IMG/VR virus record: IMGVR_UViG_2933660794_000001
Span: 24,816 to 88,815 of that record
Direction: 5' to 3' (one strand)
Source of the DNA: a virus
Taxonomy: Duplodnaviria > Caudoviricetes
DNA: 64,000 nt
Below, piece after piece: positions 55,919 to 64,000 of this stretch. Every line of letters begins with the position of its first letter. Positions within the stretch are counted from its first letter, which is position 1. The translations under genes and the position numbers were made by a program. The notes under the pieces were generated by a model that was not told the origin of the DNA, made no database searches, and was given only the letters and a program-made list of their open reading frames with translations.

Positions 55919-56488
55919 TCAGGTTGCACGTTCCTGTCGAAGATTTTTGCGAGTCTGGATGTGCTCGTAGGCGAGGCGGGCGAGGTCGTACTGCCGGTGG
56001 GTTCCCCCGTTCCGGCGGGCACAGTGCCGGTTCACGCAGAGGGCGACGCCGAGGTGTTCCTGCCAGTGCAGTCCGGGGGCTCCGCAGTCGGGGCAGCGGT
56101 GCGGGCGGATGACGGAGTAGTCGCCGGCGGCGATGGCGTGTTCGAGGCGGTGCCGGTACTCCAGGGTGTCGCGGCGTTGCTGGACATCCTCGGGGGCGTT
56201 CTCGGTGTGCTGGTGCGCCCAGGCGTACACCTCGTGGACGTGGTCCGGGAGCGGGCCGGCGTCGGGGTTGGCGGCCCGGGTGTGGTCGATGACCTCGCGA
56301 ACGGAGGCCTGGATGTGGTCGACGATGCCGGCGTTGAAGGGCAGGCCGGGGGTGACCGTGGTGGGTCGGGGTTCGGAGCTGATGTACGAGTGGCCGTCGG
56401 GTCCGTTGACGGGATGCTCACGGAAGTAGGCGTGGAGCTGGGCGAGTCTCGAGGCCGCGCCGTCGGTGTTGCTGTCCGTGGTGCCCAT
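55919..56488 (-). CDS. Zn-binding hypothetical protein (possible regulator)
   Basis: 189 aa; CPDCG...CVNRHC. Confidence 0.7.
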   Translation of the reverse strand: MGTTDSNTDGAASRLAQLHAYFREHPVNGPDGHSYISSEPRPTTVTPGLPFNAGIVDHIQASVREVIDHTRAANPDAGPLPDHVHEVYAWAHQHTENAPEDVQQRRDTLEYRHRLEHAIAAGDYSVIRPHRCPDCGAPGLHWQEHLGVALCVNRHCARRNGGTHRQYDLARLAYEHIQTRKNLRQERAT

Positions 56489-56715
56489 GGGTGTGGTCCC
56501 CGTCCCCTAGGCGGCCCCCTGGGGCGCGGGACGTCCTTACTCACGGTGCAAGGGGCGCGCGCCGGAGGCCGGATGTTGTCACTCCGGGTATTCCGGACGC
56601 CCCATGATGGCATGCAAGTGGCTGGAGTTGAACGCTTTGTGAGAGATGATCAACAGACAGTTGTAGAGATTGGTCTGTCGTACCGGGGGGCAAGTTGCAC
56701 GAACCCCCGGCATAT

Positions 56716-57108
56716 TCAGACAAGTCGCGGTGCCTCCCGCATCCCCCTTATGACCGTCACCAGTTCGTCCAGCTGCTCACTGGTGATCAGGCCGGTTGCG
56801 TGGGATCCCTCGAGGGCCCGTTGCCAGATGTCGAGCGTCTTCAGGAAGGCGGCTGCGGTGCGCGGGTCGGTGAGGGACTGGTTGATGGAGTTGAAGGATG
56901 TCTCGATGTCATCCGCGAACAGCTCCAGGGCGCTCGGCTCGTGAGGGTCGGGGTTGTGCCGGGGTGAGGTCCCCATGCTCTTCCACCGTCCCTGGGCCGC
57001 TGCGTGGGCGCCGCCGCGGCGGCGCTTGGTGATATCGATTACGGCCCCAACAGCTCCCGTGTTCAACGTGCGGGTGCGGGTGGGGTCGGCCGGCTCTGCT
57101 GCGGACAT
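56716..57108 (-). CDS. Hypothetical protein
   Basis: 130 aa with GGAG RBS; lower-GC flanks. Confidence 0.55.
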   Translation of the reverse strand: MSAAEPADPTRTRTLNTGAVGAVIDITKRRRGGAHAAAQGRWKSMGTSPRHNPDPHEPSALELFADDIETSFNSINQSLTDPRTAAAFLKTLDIWQRALEGSHATGLITSEQLDELVTVIRGMREAPRLV

Positions 57109-57820
57109 GCAGGGCTCCGCTCCTCCGGCAGTGGGAAGGGTCCTCGAAACGCTCCCCGCTGGTCGGGCGGGGAGCCCTCCCTTGGTACAGCTGCCAGTCC
57201 ATACCGTGGGATTGCCACTGTGGCATCAATTTGTGCCGGTGGGGGATATCGGGTTCGGTTTTAATGCCACCGTGACCGGTTTCAGTCACGCAGATGGCTC
57301 GAACGATTACCCGGTGTGAAAAGTTGACGTTGCTGGATTACTTCCCTGCCGCACCGGGATGGTGTCGCCGACGGCATCGGGGTTCGCGTCAGGGCGGATA
57401 CCTCGTGGGCGGCTTGTGGGCGTACCCGTCTCTTGAGACGTGAGTCTAAAGCCGGAACTCCGCAACGCCTAGAGCCTGTTCCCCGGTCCTGGTCAGAGCC
57501 CTGGCGGGGTGTCCCGTGCTGTGCGTGGCCGCTGCGGGGAGAGGCGGGGCGCCTGGAGGGCTGCGAACCTCGCAGACGCCCCTGGGTAACCCCTTCCCCG
57601 GCCGGGCGTCCGACCACCGAAAGGGAACCGGCACTTCCACCACAGCAGGCGGGCATATGCATGTGAACCCATCAGTGGCGCGATCACCCGAACGAGCGAC
57701 TGAGAAACCCCGGCAACCCGCCCCAATCCTGACTCAAAGTCAGTATTGCTGGTGAACACAGAAAAGCGGCCCTGCCACCCCACCACCATGAGCGAGGAAA
57801 CTGGGCCGCTGAGGATCGCG

Positions 57821-58927
57821 CTAACTGGCCGTAGACGGCATCCCGAGGAGAGAGCGGACGATCGACTCGAGCCGACTGGGATCCATCTCCAGGGCCTTCG
57901 CGTTGAGGAGCCGCACCAGTTCGAAGAAGTCGTCGGTGGTCGTCTTCTGCACGAGGTACATCGCAGCCGACCCCGGACTGTCGTACGGGAAGGGCGATGG
58001 CTTCGACAGACGGCTGGCGCGCATCGCTTCACTGGTGGTCTGTTGCCGCGGTTCGGGGATGGACTCCGCCGGATCCTCTCGTGCGGGCGCACCCTTCAAC
58101 TCCACCGTGGACACCGGGCGGGCCGGCTGTTCAGCTGCCTCCGGGATTATCACGCCGTGATAATCCGCTGGGCCGGCCGACACCTCCACGATCGGCCGGG
58201 CCTTCGCCTGAGCCTTCTTGCGGGCGACCTCCGCTCGCTCGTCCGCTTTCGCCTTCTGCTCCTCAGGCGACAGCTTCCCGAGGTTGCGGACGTGCTCGAC
58301 ACGCCGCTCACCGGTCATGAGGTCCTTCTGCAACTCCGGGGTGAGCTTCAGCAGGGACAGCTTGCTGGCGAGCGTGGACTGGGCGATACCGAGGCGCTTG
58401 GACGCCTTGGTCTGCGAGCCGTAGTACTCCACGAGCTGCTGCAAGGCGTGGGCTTCCTCCAGGTCGGTCATGTCATCGCGGTGGTAGTTCGCGATGAACG
58501 CGGCCTCGAGGAGGGTCTCGTCGGTGGCGACGCGGGCGTTGTCGACACGGACGGGGATGACTGCCAGGCCGACGCGGCGGGAGGCCTCGAGACGGCGGTG
58601 GCCGTCGACCACGACGTACTGGGCGCCGTCGTCGAGGTCGTTGGCGCGGTCGGGTCGATCACGGAGGTAGGCGTCGACGGTGGCCACCACGATCGGCAGG
58701 ATGATGCCGACCTCACGGACGGTCTCTACGGTCTCATCGAGGTTACGCAGGTGGTTACGCGGGTTGTCTGGGTTGTCGCTGATGAGGGTGACTGGCAGTT
58801 CGGTGACCGTGGAGAGGTCCGTGCTGTCGCCGCTCATGGCGTTTTTGAAGGCGTCTCGCCGGGAGCTGCGCACTGTACCGGCCTTGCTGAACGCAGCGCT
58901 TCGGCTCAGCTGATCGGCTTTGCTCAC
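57821..58927 (-). CDS. parB: ParB-family partition protein
   Basis: 368 aa; NPDNPR, GIILPIVV, VVDGHRR, HTH (SQTKASKRLGIAQSTLASKLSLL). Confidence 0.93.
   Translation of the reverse strand: MSKADQLSRSAAFSKAGTVRSSRRDAFKNAMSGDSTDLSTVTELPVTLISDNPDNPRNHLRNLDETVETVREVGIILPIVVATVDAYLRDRPDRANDLDDGAQYVVVDGHRRLEASRRVGLAVIPVRVDNARVATDETLLEAAFIANYHRDDMTDLEEAHALQQLVEYYGSQTKASKRLGIAQSTLASKLSLLKLTPELQKDLMTGERRVEHVRNLGKLSPEEQKAKADERAEVARKKAQAKARPIVEVSAGPADYHGVIIPEAAEQPARPVSTVELKGAPAREDPAESIPEPRQQTTSEAMRASRLSKPSPFPYDSPGSAAMYLVQKTTTDDFFELVRLLNAKALEMDPSRLESIVRSLLGMPSTAS
58144..58166. promoter_or_regulatory. parS-like palindrome inside parB
   Basis: GGATTATCACG-C-CGTGATAATCC. Confidence 0.75.
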
Positions 58928-60204
58928 TGGCTGACCCCCAGAGCGATCAGACGCATGATGTTCGCCTGAGCGCTGCTCGGCGCGTAGGACAACAGCGGCT
59001 GCTGCAAGCGAACCGCCTCCCGCTGTTCCTTGAGGTCTCCGATGACGGCGAGGACACGCTGCTCTTCCATGCCCTGCCAGCTCTCCAGGGAGGACGTTGC
59101 GACGTACCCGCGGCGGGCGTCGTACTGATTCACCACGAGACCGAGATAGTCGATCTCGAGGCCGAGGTCCTTGCAGAGTTCCTCGATCTGTTCAGCCAGG
59201 ATGTTGAACGCGATGGCGGAGGAGTCTTCGGCGAGGACGGGGACGACGACGCCGGACTGGCCGGGCTTTTCGTTGCGGCGGCGCCGGCCGTAGTAGAGGG
59301 CAGCGTCCATGGCGAGGCCGAGGCTTGGCGGGCAGTCGATGATGATGATGTCGTAGTCGTCCTCGAGCGGCTTAAGGGCACGTTCGAGAGCGTGCTCCTT
59401 CTGGAAGCCGCGGGTATTGGCTGCGGCCAGGGTGATTTCCATGTCCAGGAGGAAGCCGTCGAAGCATGCCGGTAGGACATGTAGGCGCCCGGCGTAGCGC
59501 GGATCGTCTACCGCGACCACATGGTCGCGGATATCACGTTCGCCCTTTCCGACCATGTGTGTGACGAGGCTGTCCGCACCGCGGGGGATCCATTCGATGC
59601 CTAGCTGGCTGGTGAGGTGGCCCTGCGGGTCGTAGTCGACGACCAGTACTCGTTGGCTTCCTACGCACGCGGCGCTGACCTGCTCGAGAAGTTCGGTTCG
59701 GGTCTTCCCGATGCGCTGCAGATCGTTGTAGGCGAGCGTTTCGATGTACCGGCGGAGCGCTGCGGCGCCGGTTTCCTGGTCTTCGGCAAACGACTCTGAG
59801 ATGCCGAGGGACACCGATGTCTTGCCGACGCCGCCCTTCTGGTTGCAGGAGATGATGCGCCTCGGTTCCCGGGAGGGCGCGGAGTTCGGGGAGGGGTGGT
59901 CATCCAGCCAGTTCCGAATCGACTGGGCCAGGCCCTGGATGATGGAGACGCCGCGGTCGTTGCAGGTGTCCCGGAAGTCGTTGAAGAGGCCGGGCGGAAG
60001 CCAGGTGGAGAAGGACCTGGCGCCGGCGGTGTCGATTTCCTTGTTGGGGCGGTCGCTGGTGCGCCAGTTGGTGACGGCTGCCTCGACGGCGTCCTGGATG
60101 TCCAGGCCCAGTTCGGCGGCGCGGACCTTGAGTGCTTGTTGGAGGGCCGAGGGCAGCTTGGACGCCACCTTTTCCCGGTCTCCGTCGGGGTATGGAGAGG
60201 CCAT
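58924..60204 (-). CDS. parA: ParA-family ATPase with N-terminal RHH-like repeats
   Basis: 426 aa; deviant Walker A NQKGGVGKT, VDYDPQGH, IIIDCPPSLG; GTGA overlap with parB. Confidence 0.93.
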   Translation of the reverse strand: MASPYPDGDREKVASKLPSALQQALKVRAAELGLDIQDAVEAAVTNWRTSDRPNKEIDTAGARSFSTWLPPGLFNDFRDTCNDRGVSIIQGLAQSIRNWLDDHPSPNSAPSREPRRIISCNQKGGVGKTSVSLGISESFAEDQETGAAALRRYIETLAYNDLQRIGKTRTELLEQVSAACVGSQRVLVVDYDPQGHLTSQLGIEWIPRGADSLVTHMVGKGERDIRDHVVAVDDPRYAGRLHVLPACFDGFLLDMEITLAAANTRGFQKEHALERALKPLEDDYDIIIIDCPPSLGLAMDAALYYGRRRRNEKPGQSGVVVPVLAEDSSAIAFNILAEQIEELCKDLGLEIDYLGLVVNQYDARRGYVATSSLESWQGMEEQRVLAVIGDLKEQREAVRLQQPLLSYAPSSAQANIMRLIALGVSQ

Positions 60205-60285
60205 GGCGTCACCTTACTGACCTCTGTGGTTGGAGTGGCACCCGGTGTGCGGTTCTTGATGGGGTTTCACCCTCGCGGGTGCCTG

Positions 60286-60306
60286 GATTATCACGCCGTG
60301 ATATTC
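60286..60306. promoter_or_regulatory. parS-like palindrome upstream of parA
   Basis: GATTATCACG-C-CGTGATATTC (one mismatch). Confidence 0.75.
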
Positions 60307-60339
60307 GGGAGCCGGTGATGGCGGCGCCCGGGCAGGGGC

Positions 60340-60366
60340 CGTGATTATCACGCCGTGATAATCACG
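60340..60366. promoter_or_regulatory. parS-like palindrome upstream of parA
   Basis: CGTGATTATCACG-C-CGTGATAATCACG (13-bp arms). Confidence 0.8.
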
Positions 60367-60577
60367 CGCCCTCACCATCGTCTGCGTCGTCCGGGTCGGC
60401 GTAGGCCTGCCCGTCCTCGTACACCGGCTCTCGGAACAGGTCGCCGTGGAGGACGGTGACCGGGGGCCGCGGGTAGTGATGTGCCGGCTTCGGCCTCGCG
60501 TGCCGGATGGTTGCTGCGACCTGGGCGCCGATCTCCCTCGCGGACGCTGCCGCGGTTACGTTCACGGTGATGGGCAT
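60362..60577 (-). CDS. Small hypothetical protein
   Basis: ATG 60577 with GGGAG RBS and TGATG overlap. Confidence 0.45.
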   Translation of the reverse strand: MPITVNVTAAASAREIGAQVAATIRHARPKPAHHYPRPPVTVLHGDLFREPVYEDGQAYADPDDADDGEGA

Positions 60578-60762
60578 CAGCAGCTCCCGGCGGTGATGAG
60601 GGCGGGCACGACGGTCGCCGCAGGCTGCTGGGCGGGGCAGGTCTGCAGGGTGGCCATGCAGATGCGGCCGCGGATCCAGTCGTCCAGGAAGGCCTGTTCC
60701 TGGTCTTCTTCGGCGGCGTGCCAGGCGTCGGGGTAGCGGCTGGCGGTGGTGGGCTGCGGCAT
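60577..60762 (-). CDS. Small hypothetical protein
   Basis: ATG 60762 with GGAG RBS; 61 aa. Confidence 0.45.
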   Translation of the reverse strand: MPQPTTASRYPDAWHAAEEDQEQAFLDDWIRGRICMATLQTCPAQQPAATVVPALITAGSC

Positions 60763-60831
60763 GGCGGCTCCGATCCGTGCGTGGTGATCGGCGACCACGT
60801 TGCACCACATCCGCTGCGGTGTTCCCTCCGC

Positions 60832-61410
60832 TCAGTCGTCTGTCTGCTGCCCTACCGAGAGGTCGTCGACCGTCTGCCAGAGGGCGAGGTCCCATGACTC
60901 GGGTGTGACGTTGTTGGCGGTGAGGGCACGGCGGTGCGCCTGGATCGCTGCGAAGAGTCGACGGGTCGTATCCCTGTCTGACGTCCACACCGAGTCCGGT
61001 AGGACGTCCTCTACTTGCTGAATTCGGTTCTCCAGCATGTCGAGGAAGTTCCGGCGGCGGCGCCCTGCCTGGGTGCTGGGGTCGTTCTTCAGTCGGGCGA
61101 CCGCGGCTTGCTTGCGGGTGAGGACGGAGTGGGTGAGCTGGATCAGTCGGGGATCCAGGTAGAGGTCCCAGAGGTCGTCCTTGCCGCTGGAGAGGGTCTC
61201 GCAGACGAGCTGGGCGTAGGCGCGGCGGGGCATGGACAGCAGGTCGTCCGCGGAGGGCTGTGGGGGGTCAGCGGGTTGGGGCTCTGCGGGTCCGTGCAGT
61301 GGTGGGATTGGGTGGCGCTTCTCTTTGGGCAGGACGGCGTTCAGTCGGCGCAGCATAGCGATGCGCGCTTTGCGCTGCTCAAGCGTTTCGGTGGACGGTG
61401 TGTCGGTCAC
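60832..61410 (-). CDS. Hypothetical protein
   Basis: 192 aa, GAGGA RBS; AIQAHR...WDLALW. Confidence 0.65.
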   Translation of the reverse strand: MTDTPSTETLEQRKARIAMLRRLNAVLPKEKRHPIPPLHGPAEPQPADPPQPSADDLLSMPRRAYAQLVCETLSSGKDDLWDLYLDPRLIQLTHSVLTRKQAAVARLKNDPSTQAGRRRRNFLDMLENRIQQVEDVLPDSVWTSDRDTTRRLFAAIQAHRRALTANNVTPESWDLALWQTVDDLSVGQQTDD

Positions 61411-61421
61411 GGGGTGTCCTC

Positions 61422-62195
61422 TCAGGCGACGTCGAACGCGCGGCGGGGTTCGGTGAGGCCGGCCTGCTCCTGCCGCTTACGGGCGAGTGCGGCTCGGCGG
61501 ACGGCGTCGCTGCGGTCGACCTCGCGCGGGGTGATCTGGTCCAGGTCGGCCGCCGGCTCGGGGATTCGGTTCGCGCGGGCGGCGGCTTCCTGCCGGGCCA
61601 TGGCTTCGAGGGTGTAGGGGTCGGTGGGCTGGTGGGGTCGCCGGTGAGTGAGGGCCGCCTGGAGGGTGGCCCGGTATCCGGGTGAGGCGGTCTCGCGGGT
61701 CTTCACTGGTCCCTGCGGCTCCGACGTCTGGGGTGTGGCTGGTTCCGACGTGGATGCGGTGACGTTGCCGACGGGCAGGACACGGATGCTGCGGACTGTG
61801 GAGCGGCCGAGCTTGTCGTTGATCTGCTTGGCGAGCTGGCCGCCGAGGAGTCGGAGTTGGGCGGCGTAGGCGTGGGTGCCGGGCCGGAGATCGAGGCGGC
61901 CGGTCTGTTCGTCGTAGCCGGTGGGTTCGACGCGGCCGACGAGGTGCGGGCACAGCTCGGGCCACTGGTCGAGGAGGGTGCCACCGGCGACGCCGGCCTC
62001 AAGGGGAAGGTCTGCGCCGAGTCCGGTGATGGCGGCAGCCAGGCTGATGGGGTCGCGTCCGTCACCGCGGCGGGTGCTCGGCTTGCGGCGGGGCTTGGCC
62101 GGGGTGTTGGTGGGTGCTGTGCGGGCGGTGGCTTTGTAGGCGGCGAGGGCCTGCCGGGCGAGGTCCTTCCCGGACAGCTGCGGGGTCTTAGTCAC
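61422..62195 (-). CDS. dciA: DciA (DUF721)-family helicase operator
   Basis: GTG 62195; SGKDLARQALAA, DGRDP, GGTLLDQWPEL, AYAAQLRLL...INDKLG...VRSIRV pattern of actinobacterial DUF721. Confidence 0.78.
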   Translation of the reverse strand: MTKTPQLSGKDLARQALAAYKATARTAPTNTPAKPRRKPSTRRGDGRDPISLAAAITGLGADLPLEAGVAGGTLLDQWPELCPHLVGRVEPTGYDEQTGRLDLRPGTHAYAAQLRLLGGQLAKQINDKLGRSTVRSIRVLPVGNVTASTSEPATPQTSEPQGPVKTRETASPGYRATLQAALTHRRPHQPTDPYTLEAMARQEAAARANRIPEPAADLDQITPREVDRSDAVRRAALARKRQEQAGLTEPRRAFDVA

Positions 62196-62524
62196 GGTTG
62201 GTCTCCCTGCACTCGGTCGTCTCGGTGGTAGCCGTCGTGGCCGTGGGGCCGGGTGCAGACCTGGATGTCGCCGCCCCATCCAGGGGCGTGGGCGACTCGG
62301 CAGGCGTGACCGGGTACGTCTGCGACGGCGGCTTCGATGCGGGCGCAGGGCGTGCAGACGTCCTCCACGTCGCCGTCGACGGGGTTGAGCTGGTCGCGGG
62401 TGCAGTACGTGAAGCACAGGCAGCACATGACCCGGCCGTCGGTGAGCCTGTCCAGGCGGGTGTAGCTGCCGCCGGCGGCGAGGGGCACAGTGAGGAAGTC
62501 GGCGGGTTGGGAGGTGTCGGGCAC
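62192..62524 (-). CDS. Small Cys/His-rich protein
   Basis: 110 aa; CCLC...CTPC; CTRPHGHDGYH; AGGAG RBS. Confidence 0.6.
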   Translation of the reverse strand: MPDTSQPADFLTVPLAAGGSYTRLDRLTDGRVMCCLCFTYCTRDQLNPVDGDVEDVCTPCARIEAAVADVPGHACRVAHAPGWGGDIQVCTRPHGHDGYHRDDRVQGDQP

Positions 62525-62535
62525 GGCGGGTCTCC

Positions 62536-64000
62536 TCAGAAGGCGGGGGTGAGGGTGCGCTGGGCGTTGAGGGCCTGGTCGACGAGCCAGTTGGTGTACA
62601 GGCGGCGTGCGTCCCGTTCGCTCATGCCGGTCGCGAGCGCGTTGTAGATGATCGTGAAGTCCTGGGCGGCCTCGGCACGGCTGGCCAGGACTAGTGCGCG
62701 GTCCAGGTCCTCGAGGTCGACCGGCTCGGGCGCGGTCTCTACGGGGATTTCAAAGCAGTCGGCGTCGTCCACGGGGCCGGCGGCGATCTCCCGGGTGCGG
62801 CGGAACGCTTCGCGGACGAGGGATTGCACGCTGACCCGGGTGGGGGTGCGGTCGGCGCCGAGGCCGCTGTAGGCGGCGTCATCGTGGCGGGCCTGCTCGG
62901 CGGCACGGGACTCCTGCCACGCCTCCACCAGGACCTTGCGACGCTCGGGGGTGGTGTACAGCAGGTGGCAGGACGCGAGCCGGTAGGCCAGCAGCCCGGA
63001 CGGGCGGCGGGCGTCATCCGCGCCGACGGGCAACTGCTCGGCGACGGCCTGGACCTCGAGGGCAGTCCATCCGGCATCAGCAACGTGGCGGACGATCCAC
63101 GCGAGCCGGGGGATGGAGGCGCGGTTGAGCCAGGGCACCATCTGCTTCAGCTCACGGGCCAGCTGGTAGCGGCGACCAACCTGGTTGAGCTTCCGCGGTC
63201 CGCGGTTGGATGACTTCGGGGTGGGGGACTTGCCTTCCCCGCTTGCGAGCTTGCTCTCAGAGGGAGAGTGAGTACCAGCAGTAGAAGAAGTGCCGGAAGT
63301 ACCACCCTGCATTGGGGTGCAACGCCCTCGTCCCGAAACACCGGTGCGGCGGCGGGGGCGGCGGGTCTTCCGGGCGGCCTTCTTCGCCAGCTTCCCCAGC
63401 AGGGTCCGGGACTCCTCGGCGGCGCCGACGGGACGCCGTTGCACCCCTTCTCCGATCGTGCGGATACCGAGGGCCTCGTCGAAGGCGACGGGGATGACAC
63501 GCTCGAACACGGAAGCTTGGTTGCCGCCACCGCGGACACGGGTGCCCTTGCTGCGGTACACCAGCAGCCCGGCCTCGCGGAGCATGCCGAGGTGGTACTG
63601 GACGGTGCGCTCGGCAACTTTCAGCTTCCGGGCGAGGTAGTCGACGCTGGGCCGGCACTCCGTGAGGGCGGCGATCTCCTGGGCGATGGCGATGGTGGTG
63701 GGTCCCCATTTGGGGCCGTGGGCGCGGCTGGGGGTGTACAGGCCCTTCTTGGCGCAGTCGGTGACCCAGTGGACGGCGGTCATCCAGGAGTGGGCGCAGG
63801 TGGTGATGCGGCCGGTCGTGGCGTGCAGCCATTGGGCGGCTGCGATCACCCGGAGCCGTACGCCACGACCGTCGTGGCCTGCACTGTAATCGGTCGTGTG
63901 TTCGGTTTTGGTGGTGGGGGTGGGTGTGTCGAGGGTCTGCTGGGGGCACTGGGTGTCGCCCGTGCGGGGGGAGATTCCTCGCGAAACGGGCGCGACGGAA
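62536..64000 (-). CDS. repA: Plasmid-type replication initiator Rep (wHTH); 5' end may lie beyond the window
   Basis: RPSVDYLARKLKVAERTVQYHLGMLREAGLL wHTH; LAWIVRHVADAGW...RPSGLLAYRL; the frame stays open from 63849 to the window end; upstream of the dciA-like gene and parAB. Confidence 0.7.
   Translation of the reverse strand, partial: SVAPVSRGISPRTGDTQCPQQTLDTPTPTTKTEHTTDYSAGHDGRGVRLRVIAAAQWLHATTGRITTCAHSWMTAVHWVTDCAKKGLYTPSRAHGPKWGPTTIAIAQEIAALTECRPSVDYLARKLKVAERTVQYHLGMLREAGLLVYRSKGTRVRGGGNQASVFERVIPVAFDEALGIRTIGEGVQRRPVGAAEESRTLLGKLAKKAARKTRRPRRRTGVSGRGRCTPMQGGTSGTSSTAGTHSPSESKLASGEGKSPTPKSSNRGPRKLNQVGRRYQLARELKQMVPWLNRASIPRLAWIVRHVADAGWTALEVQAVAEQLPVGADDARRPSGLLAYRLASCHLLYTTPERRKVLVEAWQESRAAEQARHDDAAYSGLGADRTPTRVSVQSLVREAFRRTREIAAGPVDDADCFEIPVETAPEPVDLEDLDRALVLASRAEAAQDFTIIYNALATGMSERDARRLYTNWLVDQALNAQRTLTPAF

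Larger units (their letters stand above)
1..64000. mobile_element. Part of a conjugative siphovirus-type phage-plasmid (plasmid prophage); both ends lie outside the window
   Basis: Continuous run of virion genes, TraB/Spd-type transfer genes, parAB/parS, two replication modules and phage early genes; no chromosomal housekeeping operons and no integrase seen. Confidence 0.85.

Noticed and set aside
1-64000. tRNA, rRNA, integrase, transposase or reverse transcriptase genes
   Set aside because: No recognisable motifs by eye; tRNAscan-SE and HMM searches would be needed to exclude divergent cases

Overview
High-GC actinomycete (Streptomyces-like) DNA; the whole window appears to be part of one mobile element with the layout of a conjugative phage-plasmid (precedent: Streptomyces plasmid-phage pZL12). 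From left to right it holds: (1) 1-19.4 kb, minus strand: a siphovirus morphogenesis operon from terminase to minor tail genes, with a -1 frameshifted tail assembly chaperone. (2) 20.2-29.3 kb, minus strand: a Streptomyces-type transfer/spread module (TraB-like DNA translocase, TraA-like and DUF2637/Spd-like proteins, a clt-like repeat array). (3) 29.5-36.4 kb: regulators and a phage-type replicon (initiator with internal iterons, plus DnaB). (4) 37.5-57 kb: early/accessory operons (DUF4326, ASCH, NERD, DNA methyltransferase, SSB, WhiB, RusA), three of which start at promoters sharing one operator. (5) 57.8-64 kb: parAB with three parS-like palindromes, a DciA-like gene and a plasmid-type Rep. 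No integrase, lysin, tRNA, rRNA or CRISPR array was recognised. The best candidate for a new system is at 40.6-43.8 kb: a 70-aa secreted precursor with three DT(T/G)WG repeats, transcribed divergently from a TrmB/PLD-like + LuxR regulator, with a secreted zinc protease nearby. This may be a non-RRNPP, arbitrium-like peptide signalling circuit. All family names come from recognising motifs by eye; no database searches were run.
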